This document shows positions 19,999-27,889 of a stretch of DNA of 64,000 bases, piece after piece. This stretch comes from Phycisphaerales bacterium (lineage in GTDB: Bacteria; Planctomycetota; Phycisphaerae; Phycisphaerales; UBA1924), in the NCBI GenBank assembly GCA_046154665.1, contig JBJXFG010000086.1:1695-65694 (forward strand). Direction: 5' to 3'. Numbering within the stretch: position 1 is the first letter of the stretch; each line of letters starts with the position of its first letter. The translations under genes and the position numbers were made by a program. The notes beneath the pieces are model-generated. The model was not told where the DNA came from and made no database searches. It saw nothing but the letters and a program-made list of their open reading frames with translations.

Positions 19999-22116
19999 AT
20001 GCGACTGATCACCAAGAAACTCTGGCGGGCCTTCCCCGAACTCGACCGCTTTGACGACGAGAAGTGTCGGCGGTTTGTCAAGACCGCCCAGCGCGGCTTC
20101 GCGCCGATGCTGGGGCGCCTGGCCCTCAACCTCGCGGCGTTCGTCTTCGTTGTGACGGCCCTCATCGCCGCGGGCGGCACGCTGGTCACCGTGTTCGCCA
20201 CGCCGGACATCAACGTCTCGCCCGCGATGGGCGGGATGGGTCAGCGGTTCAACAGCAACGCATTCATGTACGGCTGGGTCGCTGTCGTGGTCGGAGCCGT
20301 GGTGGCGGCGTGCATGACCTCGCTGGTGGTCCGCGATCAGTTGCTGCGCCGTCGCGTGGCCTTGTTCATCAAAGCCCGCGGCCACTGCCCGCGCTGCCGC
20401 TACACGCTGCTCGGCATCCGCGTGCCTGAGTCGCTGAAGATCAACTGCCCGGAGTGCGGGCTTGAGCTTGAGGTGGACGAGGCGCTGACGGAACTCGCGC
20501 CGAGTGCCGGAGGAGGAAGACCGTCCGACGGAACCCCGACCGTCAGGGAGGGGCCTCTTTCGACCATCGAAGGTTCGCCCCCGCCGGCCACGCCGCCGGC
20601 GGCGTCACGAGACCGCCGCTTCGTCCGCGCCCCTGAGGAAACAGGTTGGCTGCCCAAGTGGGTGACGCCGCGGGCACGCCGCTGGCTGGTCCGCGGCGCG
20701 ATCGTGCTGCCGATCCTCGTGGTGGTGGTACCGGCGGCGTGGTGGGGGTTGTCGTGGTGGTCGCTGCAGCGTCAGGCGGCGCGGGCATCGGCGGCGCGGG
20801 TCGGGCTGGTCAACATCGACAAGATCAGCGAATCGCTCAACCCGCCGGACGACGGCTCGCGCGATGCGTGGGATATCTTTGAGGGGCTGCATCTCGTCAT
20901 GCAGCAGGCGGAGACCGAGGTTGAGGCCGCGGTGACCCCCGACATGGTGGAGGGGATCGAGAAACGCTGGGCCAACGACCAGCCCTTCTGCGATTTCGCG
21001 CTGCTGGTTCGAAGCTACCGCGAAGCCGACCCATCGCGGAGCAAGGGCTTCGGCCGCATCAACGCAGACCTGGCGAGGAAGGCGCTGGCCCGGATGGCGG
21101 AGCTCGGCATTGATCGGCATCTTGAAGCGTTGATCGGGGCCAGGCGCGCGGTGATGCGCATGCCGACGTTCGTGCCGGGGCAGCCGCCGGACGTCACGAG
21201 CGTTCCTTACTCGGAGCTGCGACAGGCGTGCCTCGCGCTGTGCGGGCGGATGAGCGAGGCGATTTCCGCGAACGATGAGGCGGAGTTCACGCTGGCCCTG
21301 CGCGGGGCGCTGGCGCTCACGCGGATGATCGAGCGACATCCGATCTTCGTGTCTCGGCTGGTGTCGAGCTTGCTCGAGTGGATGATCTTGGAGCTTTTGC
21401 AGGACGAACTGGCCCGGAGCAGCCCATGGCCTCTTGCGCGGCTCGACGCCGTCGAGGCTGCTCTGCTTGAGTTCTCTGTCGGAAACGTGCCGATGCGGGC
21501 GGTGCTCAACGGCGAGCGCGAGCACGGACTCGACATGATGCGGCACATGTTCGAGAACGCGGCGTGCATCGGACTGGGGCAGGCGGTTGCCGCCGCGGCG
21601 CGGTTTGCGCCCGACGGCACAGAGAATCTCCCGATCGGATCGCTCGAGGAAAACGAGGCGGACCTCAATCTCTACATCGACGCCATCATCGCCGTTGCCG
21701 AACGAGAAGGTCAGGAGTCAGGTTCTGAGCCGCCGTCGCCCCGGTTCCTGCCTGTCGCGTCGCTCGTTCCGTGGATGGCCCGAGCGACGGAGAACGACCG
21801 CGCCACCCTTGTTTACCGCCGCGGCGTGCGTCTGCTCATCGCCATCGAACGCTTTCGTGCGGCCCGCGGCAGGCCGCCGGGGTCGCTCGGTTCGCTCGTG
21901 CCCGAGTTCCTGCATGAGATTCCGAAGGACCCCTTCGCGAAGGACGCGAAGTTCCGATACCGCGTCGATCCCGGGGGATACATCCTCTACTCGGTCGGAG
22001 CCGACGGCGAAGACCACGGCGGCGTGGGTGACATCGCGGATCGCGCGTCGCTCGACAAATCAAAGAGCGGTGCTCCGGCCGACTTCATCCTGCATCGCCC
22101 ACCAAACAAGCCGTGA
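19999..22116 (+). CDS. Hypothetical membrane protein with CxxC..CxxC zinc ribbon and GspG-like C-terminal module
   Basis: 705-aa ORF with TM helices, CPRCRY..CPECG, and the C-terminus DPFAKDAKFRYRVDPGGYILYSVGADGEDHGG. A 25-nt dispersed repeat lies in frame at 20531..20555. Confidence 0.7.
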   Translation: MRLITKKLWRAFPELDRFDDEKCRRFVKTAQRGFAPMLGRLALNLAAFVFVVTALIAAGGTLVTVFATPDINVSPAMGGMGQRFNSNAFMYGWVAVVVGAVVAACMTSLVVRDQLLRRRVALFIKARGHCPRCRYTLLGIRVPESLKINCPECGLELEVDEALTELAPSAGGGRPSDGTPTVREGPLSTIEGSPPPATPPAASRDRRFVRAPEETGWLPKWVTPRARRWLVRGAIVLPILVVVVPAAWWGLSWWSLQRQAARASAARVGLVNIDKISESLNPPDDGSRDAWDIFEGLHLVMQQAETEVEAAVTPDMVEGIEKRWANDQPFCDFALLVRSYREADPSRSKGFGRINADLARKALARMAELGIDRHLEALIGARRAVMRMPTFVPGQPPDVTSVPYSELRQACLALCGRMSEAISANDEAEFTLALRGALALTRMIERHPIFVSRLVSSLLEWMILELLQDELARSSPWPLARLDAVEAALLEFSVGNVPMRAVLNGEREHGLDMMRHMFENAACIGLGQAVAAAARFAPDGTENLPIGSLEENEADLNLYIDAIIAVAEREGQESGSEPPSPRFLPVASLVPWMARATENDRATLVYRRGVRLLIAIERFRAARGRPPGSLGSLVPEFLHEIPKDPFAKDAKFRYRVDPGGYILYSVGADGEDHGGVGDIADRASLDKSKSGAPADFILHRPPNKP
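20531..20555. repeat. Second copy of the 25-nt repeat, in frame inside CDS 19999..22116
   Basis: Identical to 9951..9975. It encodes part of ...GRPSDGTPTVREGPLSTIE... in a linker. Confidence 0.85.
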
Positions 22117-22182
22117 GTGTGCCACCGACCCGTCCTCGGGTCGGTGTTCTCCTCGCACAACTGCTTCACGAATCGCCCGAAC

Positions 22183-22309
22183 AACGAGCCCCGAGCGTCA
22201 GCGAGTGGGTCTGCTCTTCTACTTCGTGAGTCTCACGAAGACACCCGTCGCTCACGCTCTGGGCTCGTTGAAGGCGGAATGCACCCATCGCTCACGCTCC
22301 GGGCTCGTT
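22183..22309. repeat. REP-like cluster: one forward and two reverse arms plus a 9-bp mini-hairpin
   Basis: aacgagccccgagcgtcagcgagtgggt (22183..22210), cttcgtgag-t-ctcacgaag (22221..22239), acccgtcgctcacgctctgggctcgtt (22243..22269) and cacccatcgctcacgctccgggctcgtt (22281..22309). Confidence 0.85.
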
Positions 22310-22328
22310 CAAGGCCGCCCGCGTGCGC

Positions 22329-23603
22329 TCACTGCCCCCGGCTCACATTCCCGTCCCGGTCCGCCTCGATCAGGTACATCGTCGGCAGCAGGTAGTTCTT
22401 GCCGTCGTAGACGAACACCTGGCCGGACACCTTGAACTCGAGAGCCACGGCGTGGGCCTGCGTCAGGCGCTCCATCTCCTGCAGGTTCAGGCAAGGCAAC
22501 AGCCGCATCGGCAGCAGCGACTGCGCGAGCGCGGGATCGGCCTGCGCGGCATCGGCTTGCGGGTTCTGGTTGGTCTTGCCGCCGGTGCCCGGGTCGCGGG
22601 CGGCTCGCGGCATGCCGGTGCCGTTGTCGGGGGCGAAGATGAGTTCGCCCATCGGGCCGCGCAGCAGCCGTCCGCGCCGTGAGGCGAGCATGGTGCCTTC
22701 GCGGATGAGGCGGGCGTTGGCCGCGCCGGCCGCGGAAGCGTTGCCGTTGCTGGTGTTGTCGGCGTTGCCCGCGGGCTGGGTGGGTGTGCCGCCGCGCTCG
22801 AACGCGGAGTTCTGGCCCGGCGCGGTCATGGGCACGGGCGGCACCGTCTGGTTCGGGGTGGCCTTGTCGATCTCGCGCAGGATGTCGTCGGGGTCGTCGG
22901 AGGCGCCGCCGGCCCTTGCCGGGGCCGTGCCGCCGGGAAGTTGCGAAGGGTTGACGCCGCGGCCCATGAGATCGTCGAGCCCGCGCCGGGCTTCATCGCG
23001 TTCGTCGTCGCTCATCTCGCCGACGCCCGCGGGCACGACGGATTCCGCGAGCGTCACGAAAAACGTCGGCAGCAAGTAGTTCCGCCCCTTGTAGACCGTC
23101 ACGCGGCCGCTGACGCGGAACGTCACCGTCTCAGGCCGGGCCTCGACGATGCGGCGCATCTCCATCAGTTTGAGGCTGGGCACGACGGCCATCGGTGCAT
23201 CGGTCACGCCGTCGGTCGTGGGATCGAAGACAAACGCCCAGCGCTCGGCTCCCAGCGGACGGAGCCAGCCCTGACGATCGGACAGGAACGCGCCCTCGCG
23301 CAGCAGACGCCGCGCGGGTCGGCGCGACGCGGGCTGGCCCGAGCCCTCGGCGGTGAGCACGACACCCCGGTTGGGAACGGCGTCGGAGGGAGGTTCTTCG
23401 GCGAAGGCGGCGGTCGAAAGCGACAACAACACGATGGCGAGCCCATGGACCGTCGATCGCAGCGTGCCACTGACCGGTCCTCCGGTCCGCGCGTGCGGCG
23501 CGCGATTGCTGTCTACTCGAAGAATCCCGGAAAAACCGCACTGACCCGCGGACGGGTCCGTGGCACGGGCGTGCCGAGCCGTGTTGGTCAGTCGCAGCAT
23601 CAT
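22329..23603 (-). CDS. Secreted hypothetical protein with internal domain duplication
   Basis: Two copies of a module: REGAFLSDRQGWLRP...LKLMEMRRIV...FRVSGRVTVYKGRNYLLPTFF and REGTMLASRRGRLLRG...LNLQEMERLT...FKVSGQVFVYDGKNYLLPTMY. The ATG-ATG at 23603/23600 overlaps the stop of the upstream gene. Confidence 0.7.
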   Translation of the reverse strand: MMLRLTNTARHARATDPSAGQCGFSGILRVDSNRAPHARTGGPVSGTLRSTVHGLAIVLLSLSTAAFAEEPPSDAVPNRGVVLTAEGSGQPASRRPARRLLREGAFLSDRQGWLRPLGAERWAFVFDPTTDGVTDAPMAVVPSLKLMEMRRIVEARPETVTFRVSGRVTVYKGRNYLLPTFFVTLAESVVPAGVGEMSDDERDEARRGLDDLMGRGVNPSQLPGGTAPARAGGASDDPDDILREIDKATPNQTVPPVPMTAPGQNSAFERGGTPTQPAGNADNTSNGNASAAGAANARLIREGTMLASRRGRLLRGPMGELIFAPDNGTGMPRAARDPGTGGKTNQNPQADAAQADPALAQSLLPMRLLPCLNLQEMERLTQAHAVALEFKVSGQVFVYDGKNYLLPTMYLIEADRDGNVSRGQ

Positions 23604-24034
23604 CGCGAAGGCTCCATCGTGCGGACGGTCAGGCCGGGAACCTGTTCTATCGGCTCGACGCCGCCGCTTCCTCCCGCCCCTCCGTCGAAGCGCCCGCGCC
23701 ATGTCCGCCGGCGCTGCGGATCGTTCTCGGTGAACGGTGGCGTCACCGCAAGATCGTGCGGGCGATCGATGTTCAGACGCAGCACGATCTCGCCGCGTTC
23801 GTCGGTCACGCCCGATGCGCCGGCGACGCCCGCCTCCGACAACGTCTCAAGGCTCACCGGCAGCGGCACCTCGGACATCGCGATCGGAGCGGCGTGCACA
23901 AGGGCCCCACTCACCGGCCCACCCTCGGCGTTCTCGACACGCAGCCGGACCGTCGGGCCCGATGAGCAGCCCACCTGCAGCGTGCCCGCGAGGGCCACCA
24001 GCATCAAACCAGTACGTCGAACCGCTCGATTCAT
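23600..24034 (-). CDS. Lipoprotein with carboxypeptidase-regulatory-like fold (hypothetical)
   Basis: ATG 24034 gives MNRAVRRTGLMLVALAGTLQVGCSS, a lipobox. VRLRVENAEGGPVSGALV...TDERGEIVLRL resembles CarboxypepD_reg domains. Confidence 0.6.
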   Translation of the reverse strand: MNRAVRRTGLMLVALAGTLQVGCSSGPTVRLRVENAEGGPVSGALVHAAPIAMSEVPLPVSLETLSEAGVAGASGVTDERGEIVLRLNIDRPHDLAVTPPFTENDPQRRRTWRGRFDGGAGGSGGVEPIEQVPGLTVRTMEPSR

Positions 24035-24245
24035 GACGTCACGATAACGCCCCCGGGCGCGGCGGACCAGTTGAAAAGGTCGCAGGAATCGGAACGCACC
24101 CTCGGGGAAACACGGGGTGGGTGGGATCGAGTGGAGCGGGCCGTCGGATTGGCCGATGGGCGCGTGTCTCCGTCGCTCCCTCGGGGGAGGGGCGGCGGGT
24201 CGATGAGACTCGGACACCGTTCACACCGAAGTAGAAGGAACCGCC

Positions 24246-25217
24246 ATGACGCCGAACCTGAATCGGACCTCCATGTTTACCGCCGCGTTGATGCTCTGCG
24301 CCGGGACGGCCCTCGGCGGCGGATCGCACGCCAGCCCCACCGGCCACGGCAGCACGCCGCCCGCCCCCAAGCCCGCCTCCTCCGAACCTTCCAAGACGCT
24401 GCGCATGGGCGCGACGCCCAAGGCCAGCGACGACGATGCGGCCCACAAGCCCGCGGCCCAGCCCGCGTCCAAGCCCGTCGCGAAGTCCGCCGCGGCCCCC
24501 GCGACGGCTCCCAGCGCCCACGCCTCGGCGGCCGATGGCCCCAGCGCCGAGCAGGCCCTGGCGTGGCTCAAGGAAGGCAACGCCCGCTTCGTCAAGCAGA
24601 ACACGGAAAACCCGAACTCGAACGCGGAGCGGATCAGCGAGACCGCCGCCGGTCAGCATCCCTTCGCGTCGATCCTGTCGTGCGCCGATTCGCGCGTGCC
24701 CGTTGAGCGGGTGTTCGACCGCGGCGTGGGCGATCTGTTTGTCGTGCGCGTGGCCGGGAACGTCGCCGGCGAGAGCGAGACCGGGACTCTCGAGTACGGC
24801 ACGGGCCATCTGCACACGCCGCTGCTGGTGGTCATGGGCCACACGGCGTGCGGCGCGGTGAACGCGGCCGCCAGCGGTGCCGAACTCCACGGGGCGGTGG
24901 CGAAACTGGTCGGGCGCATCCAGCCCAGCGTCGAGCAGGCCCGCGCTCAGTTCCCCGAACTCAAGCCCGAGCAGATCACCCCGATCGCCATCCGCCTCAA
25001 CGTGATGCAAACCATCGAGAATCTCATCACGCAGAGCGAAGGGATCGGCAACCTCGTCCGTGAGAACAAGCTCGAAATCGTGGGCGCGATCTACGACCTG
25101 AACTCCGGCACGGTCCACTTCCTGGGCGAACACCCCCAGGAGACGGCGCTGCTGAAGCAGCCGCGCGAGAGCGGCGACGCCCACGCGGACGCCGAGCCGA
25201 GCAAGAGCGGGCACTGA
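24246..25217 (+). CDS. Beta-class carbonic anhydrase with signal peptide and low-complexity linker
   Basis: SCADSRVPVE, FVVRVAGN and VMGHTACGAV are the beta-CA zinc-ligand blocks. The N-terminus MTPNLNRTSMFTAALMLCAGTALG is signal-like. Confidence 0.9.
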   Translation: MTPNLNRTSMFTAALMLCAGTALGGGSHASPTGHGSTPPAPKPASSEPSKTLRMGATPKASDDDAAHKPAAQPASKPVAKSAAAPATAPSAHASAADGPSAEQALAWLKEGNARFVKQNTENPNSNAERISETAAGQHPFASILSCADSRVPVERVFDRGVGDLFVVRVAGNVAGESETGTLEYGTGHLHTPLLVVMGHTACGAVNAAASGAELHGAVAKLVGRIQPSVEQARAQFPELKPEQITPIAIRLNVMQTIENLITQSEGIGNLVRENKLEIVGAIYDLNSGTVHFLGEHPQETALLKQPRESGDAHADAEPSKSGH

Positions 25218-25259
25218 TTCAACTCGTCCGATCGCGCGATCAACCCGGACTCTTCACCG

Positions 25260-25289
25260 CCCACCGCTTCACGCGGTGGGTTATTCGTT
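25260..25289 (+). terminator. Candidate rho-independent terminator of the carbonic anhydrase gene
   Basis: Perfect 8-bp stem CCCACCGC (25260..25267) / GCGGTGGG (25273..25280) with a 5-nt loop, followed by TTATTCGTT. Confidence 0.5.
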
Positions 25290-25491
25290 GGGAGATTCGA
25301 AGCGCGAGGAGAACGGGAATCCAGAGTGATACCCACTCCGGGTGATCTCCGGGCGTTCGGTGTTCGTGGGCTGGCCCGCGCGAGCGCTTCGGGGTCTCCA
25401 AAGGCCCGTCGCCACCAACCCGAAGCGCCCGCGAGGGCCGGCGCACGACCACCCCAAGCCCGTGCTTCACCCGGGATGCACACACCGCGCT

Positions 25492-25965
25492 TCAACCGAG
25501 CGCCAGCGCCTCATCCACGCTCGGCACGAAGGTGAACTTGGCGTCGAGTTTGAGCATGCGCAGGAACTGGCGCTGCCGTTCGGGCAAGCCGGCGATGTAG
25601 AGCTTTGCGGCGCGGTCGGCGCAGTGTTCGTCGGCCTGGAGCAGGACAGTGATGCCGATGGAGGAGATGAGGCCGACCGCGGACATGTCGAGGATGCACG
25701 TGGCGTGGTCGCGGTTGGGGAGGTGGCGCTTGACGGCGCGCAGCAGAGCCTCGCCCGAATCATGGGTGAGTTCGGGCGGACAAGTGACGACGAGGGCCTC
25801 GCCGTCACGGCCTGCGAGATGGTGGGAAGGGGCGACCACGGGCTGAGTGTGGACGGTTGTTCGGGGTTCGTCAATAGGAGGGGCGTGGGCAATGGGCCTT
25901 GGGCAGCGGGAAAGGCGTCCGGCGCGGTTGGCAGCGGCCTGTGGAACAGTTGGGGTGGCGAGCAA
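25492..25965 (-). CDS. STAS-domain protein (anti-sigma-factor antagonist-like)
   Basis: EALVVTCPPELTHDSGEALLRAV...ILDMSAVGLISSIGITVLLQA...KLYIAGLPERQRQFLRMLKLD is a SpoIIAA/STAS pattern. The ORF opens at TTG and the true start is probably further downstream. Confidence 0.7.
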   Translation of the reverse strand: MLATPTVPQAAANRAGRLSRCPRPIAHAPPIDEPRTTVHTQPVVAPSHHLAGRDGEALVVTCPPELTHDSGEALLRAVKRHLPNRDHATCILDMSAVGLISSIGITVLLQADEHCADRAAKLYIAGLPERQRQFLRMLKLDAKFTFVPSVDEALALG

Positions 25966-26390
25966 GCCTGTTCGGGAATCCCCATTGACCGGAAGGGGGG
26001 GTTTCGGGTATTGTTACCGGTCTTGATTCCGTTTCTTTGGTGCGTGCCGGGGCGATCCTGTCGGATCAACTCGGCACGAAAGGACATCCAGCGATGCGCA
26101 TGGCGATCCACCATGTTCGGTAGTTCCGCTCCAGTGTCCACCCGCGTGGCGATTGCCGCGCGTGGCCTGGGTGTGGCGCGTCGCCTCACCGCCTCGGTCG
26201 TGTGACCGGGCTTGTGCCCCCCCTGACAACTTCAAGGCGGGCCGAGCACCCGGGCTCATGCTCTGGGTGTGTGCGGCTTCGTTCGGTCCGACGCGGGTTC
26301 TGAGTGTCACTCAGCGCCCCGGCGCGGCGGCGGTGGTTCGGCACGGGTCGCGCTCGTCCGTCCGGCTCGATTGTTTCTCATTCCCCCGTT

Positions 26391-26434
26391 CGACATCTCG
26401 AAGGATCGACATCCCGAGGCTTCCGACATCCCGA
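26391..26434 (+). promoter_or_regulatory. Three direct copies of CGACATCYCGA in the nusA leader
   Basis: CGACATCTCGA at 26391..26401, CGACATCCCGA at 26407..26417 and CGACATCCCGA at 26424..26434. They lie 39-82 nt upstream of the nusA ATG. Function unknown. Confidence 0.25.
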
Positions 26435-26472
26435 CATTTTGGCAGACAACCCGCTGAAAGAGACTCGACGCC

Positions 26473-27846
26473 ATGAATAACCCTGAAATGCTCCGCATCA
26501 TTGAATCGATCGCCCGCGACCGCAACGTGGACCGCGAGTTGCTCATTTCAGACCTCGAGCAGGCGATGGTCTCGGCGGCCCGCAAGTTTTACAACTCGAT
26601 CGATACCGAAGAGTTCGTGTGCAAGCTCGACCGCGCTTCCGGCCAGATGCAGATGACGCGTCACGGCGAGCCGATGACCATCGAGCCGCAGTCGTTCGGG
26701 CGCATCGCCGCCCAGACCTTCAAGCAGGTGATGATCCAGAAGTTCCGCGAAGACGAGCGGAACAGCGTGTACGAGGCCTTCTCAAAGAAGGTTGGCGACA
26801 TCGTCACCGGCACGGCCCAGCGCTACGAGGGCGGGGCGCTGGTGGTGACGGTGGAGCGGGCCGAGGCGTTCATGCCGCGGAGCGAGCAGATCCCCGGCGA
26901 GCAGTTCAACGCGGGCGACCGGGTGCGGTGCCTGATATTGGACGTTCGCGACGCGGGTTCGCAGATCAAGATCGTGCTGAGCCGCAGCCACCCGGACTTC
27001 ATCAAGCGGTTGTTCGAGGTCGAGGTGCCGGAAGTTTCGGAGCGGGTGATCGAGATCAAGGCGATGGCCCGCGAGGCGGGGTACCGCACCAAGCTGGCGG
27101 TGAGCAGCGTCGACAACAAGGTCGACGCCGTGGGCGCGTGCGTCGGCGTGCGCGGCAGCCGCATCAAGAACATTGTCGATGAGCTCAACGGCGAGAAGAT
27201 CGACATCGTGCGCTGGAACGAGTCGTCGCAGATTTTGATCGCCAACGCGCTCAAGCCGGCTGAGGTCGCGGAGATCTCGCTGTGCTTCGAACTGGGTCGG
27301 GCGACGGTGGTGGTGAACGACGACCAACTGTCGCTGGCGATCGGAAAGCGCGGGCAGAACGTCCGTCTGGCGGCGCGGCTGACGGGGTGGGACATCGACA
27401 TCCTGACGCCGATCGAGTTCAACAAGGGCTTGGAGACCATGTCCGAAGCCTTGAAGCAGATCGAGGGCGTGACCGAAGAGATGCTCGACCGGCTGGCGGC
27501 TCTGGGCATGATCAGCGTGTTCGACATCGAGGATGTTGGCGCCGACGTGCTCAAGCAGGAGCTGAACGTCGACGACGCGATCGCGGCCCGGATCGTCGAT
27601 GTGGCGGCGGTGCGTGCCAAGGACGTCGCGGCCCAGCAGGCCAAGGACAAGGAAGAGGCCGAGAAGAAGCGGATGGAGGACGACGCCACCACCAAGCGGC
27701 TGCTCGAAGGCGGGCTTGGCGCGAACGTCGAGACTTCGGCGGCCGACGAGGCACGGGCCGACGACATCCTGGGGCTGGGTGGCGGTTCGCCGGCCGCGGA
27801 GACTGCTGCCCCCGCCGAGGCGGAGCAGCAGCCCGCGAACGGGTGA
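26473..27846 (+). CDS. nusA: Transcription termination/antitermination factor NusA
   Basis: N-terminal domain, S1 domain (GDIVTGTAQRYEGGALVV), two KH domains (GVRGSRIKNIVDEL, AIGKRGQNVRLAARL) and an acidic C-terminal tail. Confidence 0.95.
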   Translation: MNNPEMLRIIESIARDRNVDRELLISDLEQAMVSAARKFYNSIDTEEFVCKLDRASGQMQMTRHGEPMTIEPQSFGRIAAQTFKQVMIQKFREDERNSVYEAFSKKVGDIVTGTAQRYEGGALVVTVERAEAFMPRSEQIPGEQFNAGDRVRCLILDVRDAGSQIKIVLSRSHPDFIKRLFEVEVPEVSERVIEIKAMAREAGYRTKLAVSSVDNKVDAVGACVGVRGSRIKNIVDELNGEKIDIVRWNESSQILIANALKPAEVAEISLCFELGRATVVVNDDQLSLAIGKRGQNVRLAARLTGWDIDILTPIEFNKGLETMSEALKQIEGVTEEMLDRLAALGMISVFDIEDVGADVLKQELNVDDAIAARIVDVAAVRAKDVAAQQAKDKEEAEKKRMEDDATTKRLLEGGLGANVETSAADEARADDILGLGGGSPAAETAAPAEAEQQPANG

Positions 27847-27889
27847 GCGTGCGTTTCGGCGTGTGATGAAGCTGATTTGATGCGTCGGT

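Noticed and set aside
25966-26472. Missing rimP or a small gene or tRNA in the long nusA upstream gap (ORFs 26014..26310-, 26153..26476+).
   Set aside because: The ORFs there have non-protein-like composition and no RimP motifs. Only the CGACATCYCGA direct repeats seemed worth reporting.
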